Virus record (IMG/VR): IMGVR_UViG_3300045988_071280
Reading direction: 5' to 3' (one strand)
DNA: 64,000 nt
Source: a virus
Shown piece after piece: positions 45,072-52,395 of the stretch; within the stretch, counting starts at the first letter, position 1, and each line of letters opens with the position of its first letter. The notes under the pieces were generated by a model. The model did no database searches, was not told where the DNA came from, and was given only the letters and a program-made list of their open reading frames with translations. Both the position numbers and the translations under genes were made by a program.

Positions 45072-45212
45072 TTATATTATTTTAGCTCTTTGTTTTAATC
45101 GATGTATATCATCTTCTAAAGATTGGATTTTGTCTTTTATTATATTTAATTCTAAGGAATCTTTTTTGATAAAGATTCTATGTAAAAATGTTTTAATTTT
45201 ATTTAATAACAT
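45072..45212 (-). CDS. small helical protein, 46 aa (not in the ORF track)
   Basis: MLLNKIKTFLHRIFIKKDSLELNIIKDKIQSLEDDIHRLKQRAKII*. The stop is 1 nt before the next ATG (45070). Confidence 0.35.
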   Translation of the reverse strand: MLLNKIKTFLHRIFIKKDSLELNIIKDKIQSLEDDIHRLKQRAKII

Positions 45213-45222
45213 ATTAATTAAA

Positions 45223-45560
45223 TTAATATCCTATAGCTAACCAAAAAAATTCACTTCTGGTATTTACTGGAGCAGTTCCTACTAATTCCACTGTTAACGA
45301 GGAATTTGTGAAGGATTTAATAGTTAAAACATCTCCTTTAGACCAATAACCATAATAGTTATTAGGAGTGAGTTGCACCATACAGCATTTAGTAGGAAAT
45401 GTTTTTGGATATGATACTGTTGCAGTCATACTTCCAGTATTAAAGTTACTAAGTCCTGACTGTATCAATATCCCCCCCCCTGTAAGGTATCTGCTTTTGT
45501 AGGAGCTGTTTTAGAGAATAAGGTATTTAAATTATCTTTGGTTATAAATTCCTTTGCCAT
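45223..45560 (-). CDS. H-type-lectin-like paralogue 4, interrupted by a G9 tract (in frame only with G10 or a -1 shift)
   Basis: The ATG at 45560 gives MAKEFITKDNLNTLFSKTAPTKADTLQGGGY* (stop 45465-45467). The body (track ORF 45223-45468) lies in the -1 frame and ends ...SEFFWLAIGY. With one extra G the two parts form a 112-aa protein the same size as its paralogues. Confidence 0.65.
45472..45480 (-). repeat. homopolymeric G9 tract (C9 on the plus strand) inside a coding region
   Basis: Counted directly as tat-ccccccccc-tgt. Very unexpected in such AT-rich DNA. Confidence 0.9.
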
Positions 45561-45590
45561 TTATTAATATTTTATTTAATTATTATATAT

Positions 45591-46646
45591 TTATGTTAAT
45601 TTTTTATATGTATTTCCACTTGTATTTAATTCTGTCCACCATATATCTCCTTTATAATTAATTAGTTCTGGCTGTATTCCAACATTTCCAAAATTCTTTA
45701 CTATAGTACCGCTATATATCTCACATAAACAAGGATATTTAAGAGTAGCAGATTGAGATACATTTATACACTTATTGCCTCCGTATATTAAGCATCTAAC
45801 AAAAAATTCAGTCATCGGAGTGTATGATAAAGAAAGACTTGATGTTTGAGAAGAATGATAATCCCATGTACTACTAGTCCTTATATAGCTATTATTAGTC
45901 TCTGCGTTAGCAAATGTAGCATAATTACCATTAGATTCTTTAGTAAGAACTTGAGAATACATAGTAGGACTAACATCCGCTCCTTTAGTATAAGAATATG
46001 AATCATTAGTCTCATTTACATATAACCTAGCTACACATCTATACGTTCCTCCAACATCAAAATACGCATAATGATAAGTGCCAACCTTCTCTACAAAAGA
46101 AAAAGTTCTCGGATATTTAAAATTACTACCAGTATAAGCAGCTATAGTAGTAAGAGTATTATTAGATGTATTTAATTTATATATTCTAAATTGCGTATTA
46201 GCATTTGAAGAAGATCCACTACAACAAAATAGATAATTACCTGATAAAGCCGAAGTAGCTATATTATACCAATATCCAGTAGAACCACTTAGAGATATAG
46301 ATGTGGTAACCATTGTACCATTAACCACAACTCCGAAAGTGATATTTTTAAAATCAGAAGCTGCATAAACAAATGGAATTCTTTCATCATCAGGATCTGC
46401 TACAACACCTATACGACAATAGACACTTCTGGAAGAAAGAAAATCGTTTAGAACCTGCATATTATCTACTTTCCTATTTACATCGTCATACGCAACGAAA
46501 TCAGTATTAGCATAGCTAGTAAGTAAATCAGGATCCGCCTTTAATAAAAGAATATTTTGCTTTGATATATATTCAGTACCTCCAGTTACTGGTATACCTT
46601 GTAATTTCTCTATTGCCTGGTCAATTGTTATAAATTCCTTACTCAT
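45591..46646 (-). CDS. fibre-tip/receptor-binding candidate, 351 aa, with shared N-terminal motif
   Basis: Starts MSKEFITIDQAIEKLQG...ADPDLLTSYANTDF, homologous to the N-terminus of the 256-aa ORF. The remainder is S/T/N/Y-rich and beta-type. Confidence 0.6.
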   Translation of the reverse strand: MSKEFITIDQAIEKLQGIPVTGGTEYISKQNILLLKADPDLLTSYANTDFVAYDDVNRKVDNMQVLNDFLSSRSVYCRIGVVADPDDERIPFVYAASDFKNITFGVVVNGTMVTTSISLSGSTGYWYNIATSALSGNYLFCCSGSSSNANTQFRIYKLNTSNNTLTTIAAYTGSNFKYPRTFSFVEKVGTYHYAYFDVGGTYRCVARLYVNETNDSYSYTKGADVSPTMYSQVLTKESNGNYATFANAETNNSYIRTSSTWDYHSSQTSSLSLSYTPMTEFFVRCLIYGGNKCINVSQSATLKYPCLCEIYSGTIVKNFGNVGIQPELINYKGDIWWTELNTSGNTYKKLT

Positions 46647-46701
46647 AACAATTCCAATAACGAGATTTTATTTTTTAATAATCTATTTAGATTCTTTTCA
46701 T

Positions 46702-46710
46702 CCCCCCCCC
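46702..46710 (-). repeat. homopolymeric G9 tract (C9 on the plus strand), intergenic
   Basis: Counted directly as cat-ccccccccc-tat. Lies 34 nt after the fibre stop (46744) and 56 nt upstream of the ATG at 46646. Confidence 0.9.
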
Positions 46711-46743
46711 TATTTATAGAGGATTTTAAAGATATTTTATATA

Positions 46744-49119
46744 TCATATTTTCCATACTTTCTTTAAATTACTTATTTCTTGTTCTAAATATTTTATTTT
46801 TTCCTCAAATTCTTTCTGAGATTTAATTCTTAAATTATATTCCTCTTTTAAAGCCTCTTGAAGAAGGATTGTATATCTCTCATATGAAAATGTTAAAATA
46901 GAATTATTTATTTCTCTTACAAGCTCTGGATAATATTTATTCCAGTATTGAGCTGAGGTTCCTATACATAAATCATTCTCGTCCATCCAATTATATTTAA
47001 ATCCGGGAGAATTTAGTACTAGAGGTAATATATTAGATAAATTCTCTATATTATGTTTATATCTAATATCAGATACAGAAGTTGTCCCAGCTCCGTTTGT
47101 ATGAACAGTATGTTTTGTGAAAGTGATTTCATCAAGACTGTTAATTTTAGCCATTATTGATTCAGGTGTTTCTCCTGAAGAATTCATTAATGTATCTACA
47201 TCGGCTCTTAAACTAAGAATATCTTGTTGTAATGGAACTAAATCAGATAGATAAGATATTTCATTATCTCCCCATGTAATCCTTCTATTAAAAGTGCTAG
47301 GTATATTAAATACATTATTAGTTCCCTCCCCATTTGGAATCCATACTCGAAGATCGGTATCCATACCTAATATTGACCAGTTTATTTCTTTTGTAGAAGA
47401 TGCAGATAATTTAAGCATTCCATTTATCTCACAATCTCCTTTTAATCTTATGTACCTACAATATACTTTTTCAGAATAGACTCCGTATATATCAGAACTT
47501 AATAAAGTATCAAAATATATAGGATCTCTAATACCTTCTAAACATCCCAATCTTAATCTCGGAGATAAGGGTGCGACTTCATCATTTATACCTAAATAAG
47601 ATTTATCTAAACATTCTCCAGTTTCGGGGTTTGTTTCTCTAATACTATGTAAATACAAAGAATCCCAATTTCTAAAATATAAAACATCTCCAACTTCCGG
47701 AAGTTTTTCTAACTCTCTCTTCCTTTCCTCATCAGTAGTTTCATCTAAATACTCTTCTAAATCCTTATCTAAAACATTTTTATCAATAGTAGCAACTATA
47801 TTACATCCAGAAATTGTAAAAGTATCCTCATCATAAATCCATTCTAATTCTTCAATCTTAATCCTACCTTTAGATATTATTTTAGTAGTAGGAATTAAAG
47901 TGCTTACATCAATCTCTTCCTCAGAATCTTCTGGTATTTCTACATTATATCCATAAGAATACTTCTCAAAATATAAATAATCTCCTATTTTTATATTATA
48001 AATCCCATTTATAGATATCTCGTATTTAATAGGAATAACTTCCTCTGTTTCTCCTCCAGATTCTTCTTCATTAGGAACTATTTCAGATATACTAGATACA
48101 ATTCCTTGTGGTTCAAAGAAATAATTAGTATTTAATCCTTTAGTAATAAAATCCTTCTCTTTAGATGAACCATCCCCAAACGGGCCTTTAGCAGAATTTC
48201 TCACTATTAAATTATCTACTTCTAAAGTCCATTCGGAATTTATATTCGCTAATCTATATCCAGCCATTCCTTCTATGAAATAATCTGATATTATCCCAGA
48301 ATTAAGAACAGCTTCATCTTTTACATACATATTCCCATCTACTTCAAAATTATAGTTATAAGTTGGAGGATATCCTATAGATATATAATTCCCATTTATA
48401 TATGTAATACCTTCTTTAGAATTAAATTTAATACCAGAAGTATTAGTATCTAAAGTTACTCCACTATTATTAACTATTATATCTAAATAATCATTCTGAT
48501 TTTTTATCTGCATCCCATTTGATCCTATTACATTAAAATCTCTAGGTCCATGAAGATTATTTTCTAAATTAATAGTTACTTTATCCTTAACTATTCCTCC
48601 GGAATTAAGACTTAAATATAATTCTACTAAAGTCCCATTATCATTATAATAATGAACTTTATCATCTGAATTAAAATAAACAAAATCAATAGGTAAAATT
48701 GCAGTATTATCTTGATTATTAATAATAACTTTTAAATTTCTTTGAGCAGTTCTAATCTGTTCTAGAGTAAGATCTTGATTATAATTAATAGCTAAATAAT
48801 CCTCAGAATTCTCTACATCATCTCTTTTAGATAGTACTGGATATAATATTCCATTTATTTGAAAATAAATAGCATCTTCCGATTCCACAAAATACCATCC
48901 ATCCGCAGTTCCTATATCATTTTTATTCTGAACAATATTTATACTCTTATCATTACCATCAGTCTTAGATATCTTTCCGTTAGAAATAAGATCCAAGAAA
49001 GCATTTCCGAATCTAACTTTTACATTACCTTTTCCATTAAGAATTATATCAGTATCAGCAGATCCAACCATTAAATATGGCTTTCCTAGAATCTTTTCTA
49101 CTTTAATAAGTTCTCCCAT
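46744..49119 (-). CDS. tail fibre (791 aa) with C-terminal S74-type intramolecular chaperone domain
   Basis: The C-terminus SDIRYKHNIENL...FKYNWMDENDLCIGTSAQYW...FSYERYTILLQEALKE matches the auto-cleaving chaperone (endosialidase CIMCD) pattern S-D-x-R-x-K...G..AQ. Confidence 0.75.
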   Translation of the reverse strand: MGELIKVEKILGKPYLMVGSADTDIILNGKGNVKVRFGNAFLDLISNGKISKTDGNDKSINIVQNKNDIGTADGWYFVESEDAIYFQINGILYPVLSKRDDVENSEDYLAINYNQDLTLEQIRTAQRNLKVIINNQDNTAILPIDFVYFNSDDKVHYYNDNGTLVELYLSLNSGGIVKDKVTINLENNLHGPRDFNVIGSNGMQIKNQNDYLDIIVNNSGVTLDTNTSGIKFNSKEGITYINGNYISIGYPPTYNYNFEVDGNMYVKDEAVLNSGIISDYFIEGMAGYRLANINSEWTLEVDNLIVRNSAKGPFGDGSSKEKDFITKGLNTNYFFEPQGIVSSISEIVPNEEESGGETEEVIPIKYEISINGIYNIKIGDYLYFEKYSYGYNVEIPEDSEEEIDVSTLIPTTKIISKGRIKIEELEWIYDEDTFTISGCNIVATIDKNVLDKDLEEYLDETTDEERKRELEKLPEVGDVLYFRNWDSLYLHSIRETNPETGECLDKSYLGINDEVAPLSPRLRLGCLEGIRDPIYFDTLLSSDIYGVYSEKVYCRYIRLKGDCEINGMLKLSASSTKEINWSILGMDTDLRVWIPNGEGTNNVFNIPSTFNRRITWGDNEISYLSDLVPLQQDILSLRADVDTLMNSSGETPESIMAKINSLDEITFTKHTVHTNGAGTTSVSDIRYKHNIENLSNILPLVLNSPGFKYNWMDENDLCIGTSAQYWNKYYPELVREINNSILTFSYERYTILLQEALKEEYNLRIKSQKEFEEKIKYLEQEISNLKKVWKI

Positions 49120-49141
49120 AAAAGTACTTTATTATATTTTA

Positions 49142-49149
49142 CAAATATA
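49142..49149 (-). promoter_or_regulatory. Bacteroidota-type -7 promoter motif candidate (TATATTTG)
   Basis: Matches TAnnTTTG on the minus strand, 23 nt upstream of the fibre ATG at 49119 and just downstream of a terminator. Confidence 0.3.
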
Positions 49150-49187
49150 ATAATTCTAGGCAAAGAATCCAATAATTAGTATATAAT

Positions 49188-49210
49188 AAAAAAAAGAAGA
49201 GAATCTCTTC
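49188..49210 (-). terminator. intrinsic terminator
   Basis: Minus strand reads GAAGAG-ATT-CTCTTC followed by T8, between the stop at 49231 and the fibre start. Confidence 0.5.
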
Positions 49211-49230
49211 TCTTCTTTCATTTTTGATAG

Positions 49231-49926
49231 TTAATCTCTATCTTCCTTATGTTTATGTTTTAAATGCTTCATATAATGATAGAAAGCTTTTCCCTCTGGG
49301 ATAGCTTTATCACGTAACCATAAATATGTAAGCTTAGCACACATTTGAATATCGTCTTTACATAAATCCTTAAATAAATGATAACAGATATTTAATGCAT
49401 AATGCCAATCGTGTTCATTAAAATCCTCAAACTCAACTCCGAATTTTTTAGCGACTTGTTTTGATTCCTCATATTCAAATTCAGCTTCTTTTACTTTATA
49501 ATCTTCTATAACACACTCAAGAGCTTCTTCACATAAATCTTTTGTGAAATGAGGACCATTAATCATTTCATAGAGTTTAAATTTAATTATATGATACATT
49601 TCAGGACATTCTTCTTTTAAAGATTCCATCGCATCAATAAATTTATCCTCTAAATCTTCGAATAATTCAGAATCGTCATCTTCATCATCTTCGAATAATC
49701 TAGATCTTTTATGTTTATATTTATATTCTTCCTCGTCCTTCTTAAACTTTTTATTAGTTCCTACATATTCCTCATCACTTCCCTCATTTTCATCATCTTC
49801 TCTAAATCCTCTATACTTCTTAGATTCTTTAGCTTCGTATGGATAATGTTTCTTATGGGATTTCTTTTTACTTCCCATCTCCGACATCTCCCGCAGTAAT
49901 TTCTTCATTCCTTCTATTGATTCCAT
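49231..49926 (-). CDS. highly charged protein, 231 aa, unknown function
   Basis: K/E/D-rich N-terminal half and a Cys/His/aromatic-containing C-terminal half. The first listed ATG overlaps the upstream ORF by 59 nt, so the real start may be an internal Met (M14 or M17). Confidence 0.6.
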   Translation of the reverse strand: MESIEGMKKLLREMSEMGSKKKSHKKHYPYEAKESKKYRGFREDDENEGSDEEYVGTNKKFKKDEEEYKYKHKRSRLFEDDEDDDSELFEDLEDKFIDAMESLKEECPEMYHIIKFKLYEMINGPHFTKDLCEEALECVIEDYKVKEAEFEYEESKQVAKKFGVEFEDFNEHDWHYALNICYHLFKDLCKDDIQMCAKLTYLWLRDKAIPEGKAFYHYMKHLKHKHKEDRD

Positions 49927-50428
49927 TGCTTATAATTTTAGTAAGTTCTTCAATTTTCTTTTCTAAAGCTAATATCCTATTATCATCAGAAGAAATTCGT
50001 CCAAGTGAGGGATCGTCTCCTAATAATTCTTGTTCTACTTTTTCACATTCTTCTACTATTTTATTATATCTATCTAAAGATTTAAGTTGATTAGTAGCGT
50101 CAGTTTTCCTTACTCTAATTTCCTGTAATACATCCTCTTTAGTGATACATACAGTACGTGTATCAGCTCTAGCTATAGACATATCCCTAGTTACAGTAAA
50201 TGGGAATTGAACACCATTAAATAATGCGGTAATAGTTAAACTTTGAACCGGTTGATTAATTCCGGTCTTCTGCATAAGAGTTTGGTATACATTATTTAAA
50301 TTCTCCTTAGGAGGTTCATTAACAATAACTGTTTGAACTAATCCTTTTATATAAGTTAAATCCTTTTTAAATTGATTATAATCAATTAAATATAAAATAT
50401 CACCTGGTTTTAATTCTCCGAAATTCAT
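49868..50428 (-). CDS. hypothetical protein, 186 aa
   Basis: ORF with a coiled-coil-like C-terminal half. Confidence 0.6.
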   Translation of the reverse strand: MNFGELKPGDILYLIDYNQFKKDLTYIKGLVQTVIVNEPPKENLNNVYQTLMQKTGINQPVQSLTITALFNGVQFPFTVTRDMSIARADTRTVCITKEDVLQEIRVRKTDATNQLKSLDRYNKIVEECEKVEQELLGDDPSLGRISSDDNRILALEKKIEELTKIISNGINRRNEEITAGDVGDGK

Positions 50429-50457
50429 AAGATATTATTTTATTTAAATATTAAACA

Positions 50458-50886
50458 TTACGCACTAGGAGTAGCTGCTACAGCAAACTCTAATGCTACA
50501 TTTCTTGAAAATTTATTAAATGCTCCATCTGGACATCCACCACAAGTATTAGTAAACGTTTCAGCATCATTTAAAGTAGTTGTGGTAGTTATAGTAGGAA
50601 GAGTACCTACAGGAGGAGGAGTAGTTAATTCTAGAGGAATAGTTATAGTATACTTCTTCACAGTAGTTTTAAGAACTGAACAAGAAACAGGTCTATAAGT
50701 TATCGTGTGCACTAGCGAATAATTTAATAGAAACACATTAGAAGTACCTACTCTAGTTATAACAGGATCTTCGATAGTAATTGTACTGGAAAATCCTTCT
50801 CTACATATCAAAGATGGGAATCTTTCTACTACTTGGAGATAAGTAACTCCTTCATTAACGAATCCTTTATTATTTATTACACTCAT
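50458..50886 (-). CDS. hypothetical protein, 142 aa, T/P-rich linker, C-terminal AATPSA
   Basis: ORF preceded by a terminator hairpin. Its C-terminal ending resembles that of the upstream 316-aa ORF (TTVTPA). Confidence 0.6.
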   Translation of the reverse strand: MSVINNKGFVNEGVTYLQVVERFPSLICREGFSSTITIEDPVITRVGTSNVFLLNYSLVHTITYRPVSCSVLKTTVKKYTITIPLELTTPPPVGTLPTITTTTTLNDAETFTNTCGGCPDGAFNKFSRNVALEFAVAATPSA

Positions 50887-50903
50887 AACAGTATTATATT
50901 AAA

Positions 50904-50925
50904 TAAGGGAGATTTCTCTCCCTTA
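50904..50925 (-). terminator. hairpin/terminator
   Basis: TAAGGGAGA / TCTCCCTTA 9-bp stem with a 4-nt loop, between the stop at 50943 and the ATG at 50886. Confidence 0.5.
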
Positions 50926-50942
50926 CGATGTTAATATTTAAA

Positions 50943-51893
50943 TTAAGCAGGAGTTACAGTTGTTGAAGCTGCACATCCGCAACCATTATTGCATCCGCAT
51001 CCGTTATTATATCCATAAGGATAAGCTTGGTAAGCAGGAATTGGTCTCGGAGGAATTATACATTCGAGATAGTCCAATTTAGCGGTAATAGGACTAATTA
51101 AAGCCTGTAAAGCATTATATTGCTGTAAAGTCTGAACACTGTTATTCAATTCAGCATTTCTAGTTTGAAGAGCTTCAATCTTGTAATCACACATCATGTC
51201 TTTAATAGACTGGAATCCTTGGTTAATAGCTATAGTCTGAGCATCTATTTTAGATCCTACATTAGCGAAACCTTGATTCATGTTATTGTTTATATTACAA
51301 GTTTGTTCCTGACAACGTAATTGTTCCTGATAACCTAAACTAGTTAAATTTAAATTAACAGCATCTATTGATCTCTGAGTAGAGCAGCAGCATTGATTAA
51401 TAGCTTGTTCAATAGAACATCCAGTAGATTGAATAGTACTTAAAATAGCACTATTAGATGCACAAATCTGATTGATTATATCTTTTTGACCAAGACCTAC
51501 AGTCTGACTAACTTGATTAATAGCATTCTGTATTGCGTTAGTATCACAATTCAACTGATTAGCTAAATTCTGTACAAAGTTTACATTATCTCTAGATGCA
51601 GAGTTGATAGCGGTTAATAGATACTCATTAGACAATGCTGATTGTACTTCCGGAGTTCCTAAACCTGCACCAAATCCGTTACGTCCGAATCCACCAAAGC
51701 CACCATTACAGAAAGCTAAGATAAAGATAAGCCAAACAGCCCATTGACCTCCCCAACCATCGTTATTATTTCCGTCTTTAGATAAAGCTAAAAGACCTGC
51801 TAAATCATTTATTCCATTAGTACTTCTTCCAGCTTCTGGAATAAAATTAAAAATATTAGGCATTCCACTGCCCATTTCGGTAAAATTTGCCAT
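50943..51893 (-). CDS. Cys- and Q/N-rich membrane-associated protein, 316 aa, unknown function
   Basis: One hydrophobic Gly-rich segment (WAVWLIFILAFCNGGFGGFGRNGFGAGLG), a long Q/N-rich helical region with 12+ Cys, and a C-terminal GCGCNNGCGC. Confidence 0.65.
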   Translation of the reverse strand: MANFTEMGSGMPNIFNFIPEAGRSTNGINDLAGLLALSKDGNNNDGWGGQWAVWLIFILAFCNGGFGGFGRNGFGAGLGTPEVQSALSNEYLLTAINSASRDNVNFVQNLANQLNCDTNAIQNAINQVSQTVGLGQKDIINQICASNSAILSTIQSTGCSIEQAINQCCCSTQRSIDAVNLNLTSLGYQEQLRCQEQTCNINNNMNQGFANVGSKIDAQTIAINQGFQSIKDMMCDYKIEALQTRNAELNNSVQTLQQYNALQALISPITAKLDYLECIIPPRPIPAYQAYPYGYNNGCGCNNGCGCAASTTVTPA

Positions 51894-51919
51894 AGATTAA
51901 ATAAGTTTAAATTAGACAT

Positions 51920-51968
51920 AAAAAAACTATCTTTGCGCTCCGATTGTTTTCATAGCACAAAGATAGTT
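51920..51968 (-). terminator. long-stem hairpin followed by a T run
   Basis: AACTATCTTTG / CAAAGATAGTT 11-bp stem with a 22-nt loop, then TTTTT on the minus strand. The 5' arm also contains TATCTTTG (TAnnTTTG). Confidence 0.45.
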
Positions 51969-52036
51969 AGTATATGATTCATTTAAACGTATTTTCTATC
52001 TGTAGCTCACACATGTGATATTTTAATTTAAATTCT

Positions 52037-52297
52037 TTATCGTAATTCTTTATCGTAATTCTTTAGATATTCACATTTATTTACAGCTCTTATTATAGTA
52101 GAATGATGTTTATTATAAATTTTAGATAAACGATAGAAGGAAATACCGTATTTAACGTGTAAGAAATAGAATAAGATACTTCTAGCATCTGTATGAGATC
52201 TAAGCTTTCTATTATCTCTTAATTCTTCTATCGTGATATTAAATATATTAGATATTATACTTTCTAATTTGTTTATTATTTCTTCCATAGATATCAT
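52037..52297 (-). CDS. DnaA domain IV-like helix-turn-helix protein, 86 aa
   Basis: ITIEELRDNRKLRSHTDARSILFYFLHVKYGISFYRLSKIYNKHHSTIIRAVNKCEYL aligns by eye with the DnaA C-terminal DNA-binding domain (R..R....AR.IAMYL......S...IG..FG.RDHSTV.HA..KIE). Confidence 0.6.
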   Translation of the reverse strand: MISMEEIINKLESIISNIFNITIEELRDNRKLRSHTDARSILFYFLHVKYGISFYRLSKIYNKHHSTIIRAVNKCEYLKNYDKELR

Positions 52298-52395
52298 GTT
52301 TAAGATTTTTATATATTCCTTAGTATCAATAAGTATATATAAGCTGTCATGTCTATGGAATGATACTTATTTAGTAAATATAATATATAAGGTTA

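Noticed and set aside
49868-49926. 59-nt overlap between the 186-aa and 231-aa ORFs, considered as a possible programmed frameshift.
   Set aside because: No slippery sequence was seen. In-frame Met codons (M14, M17) in the downstream ORF largely remove the overlap, leaving 10-20 nt.
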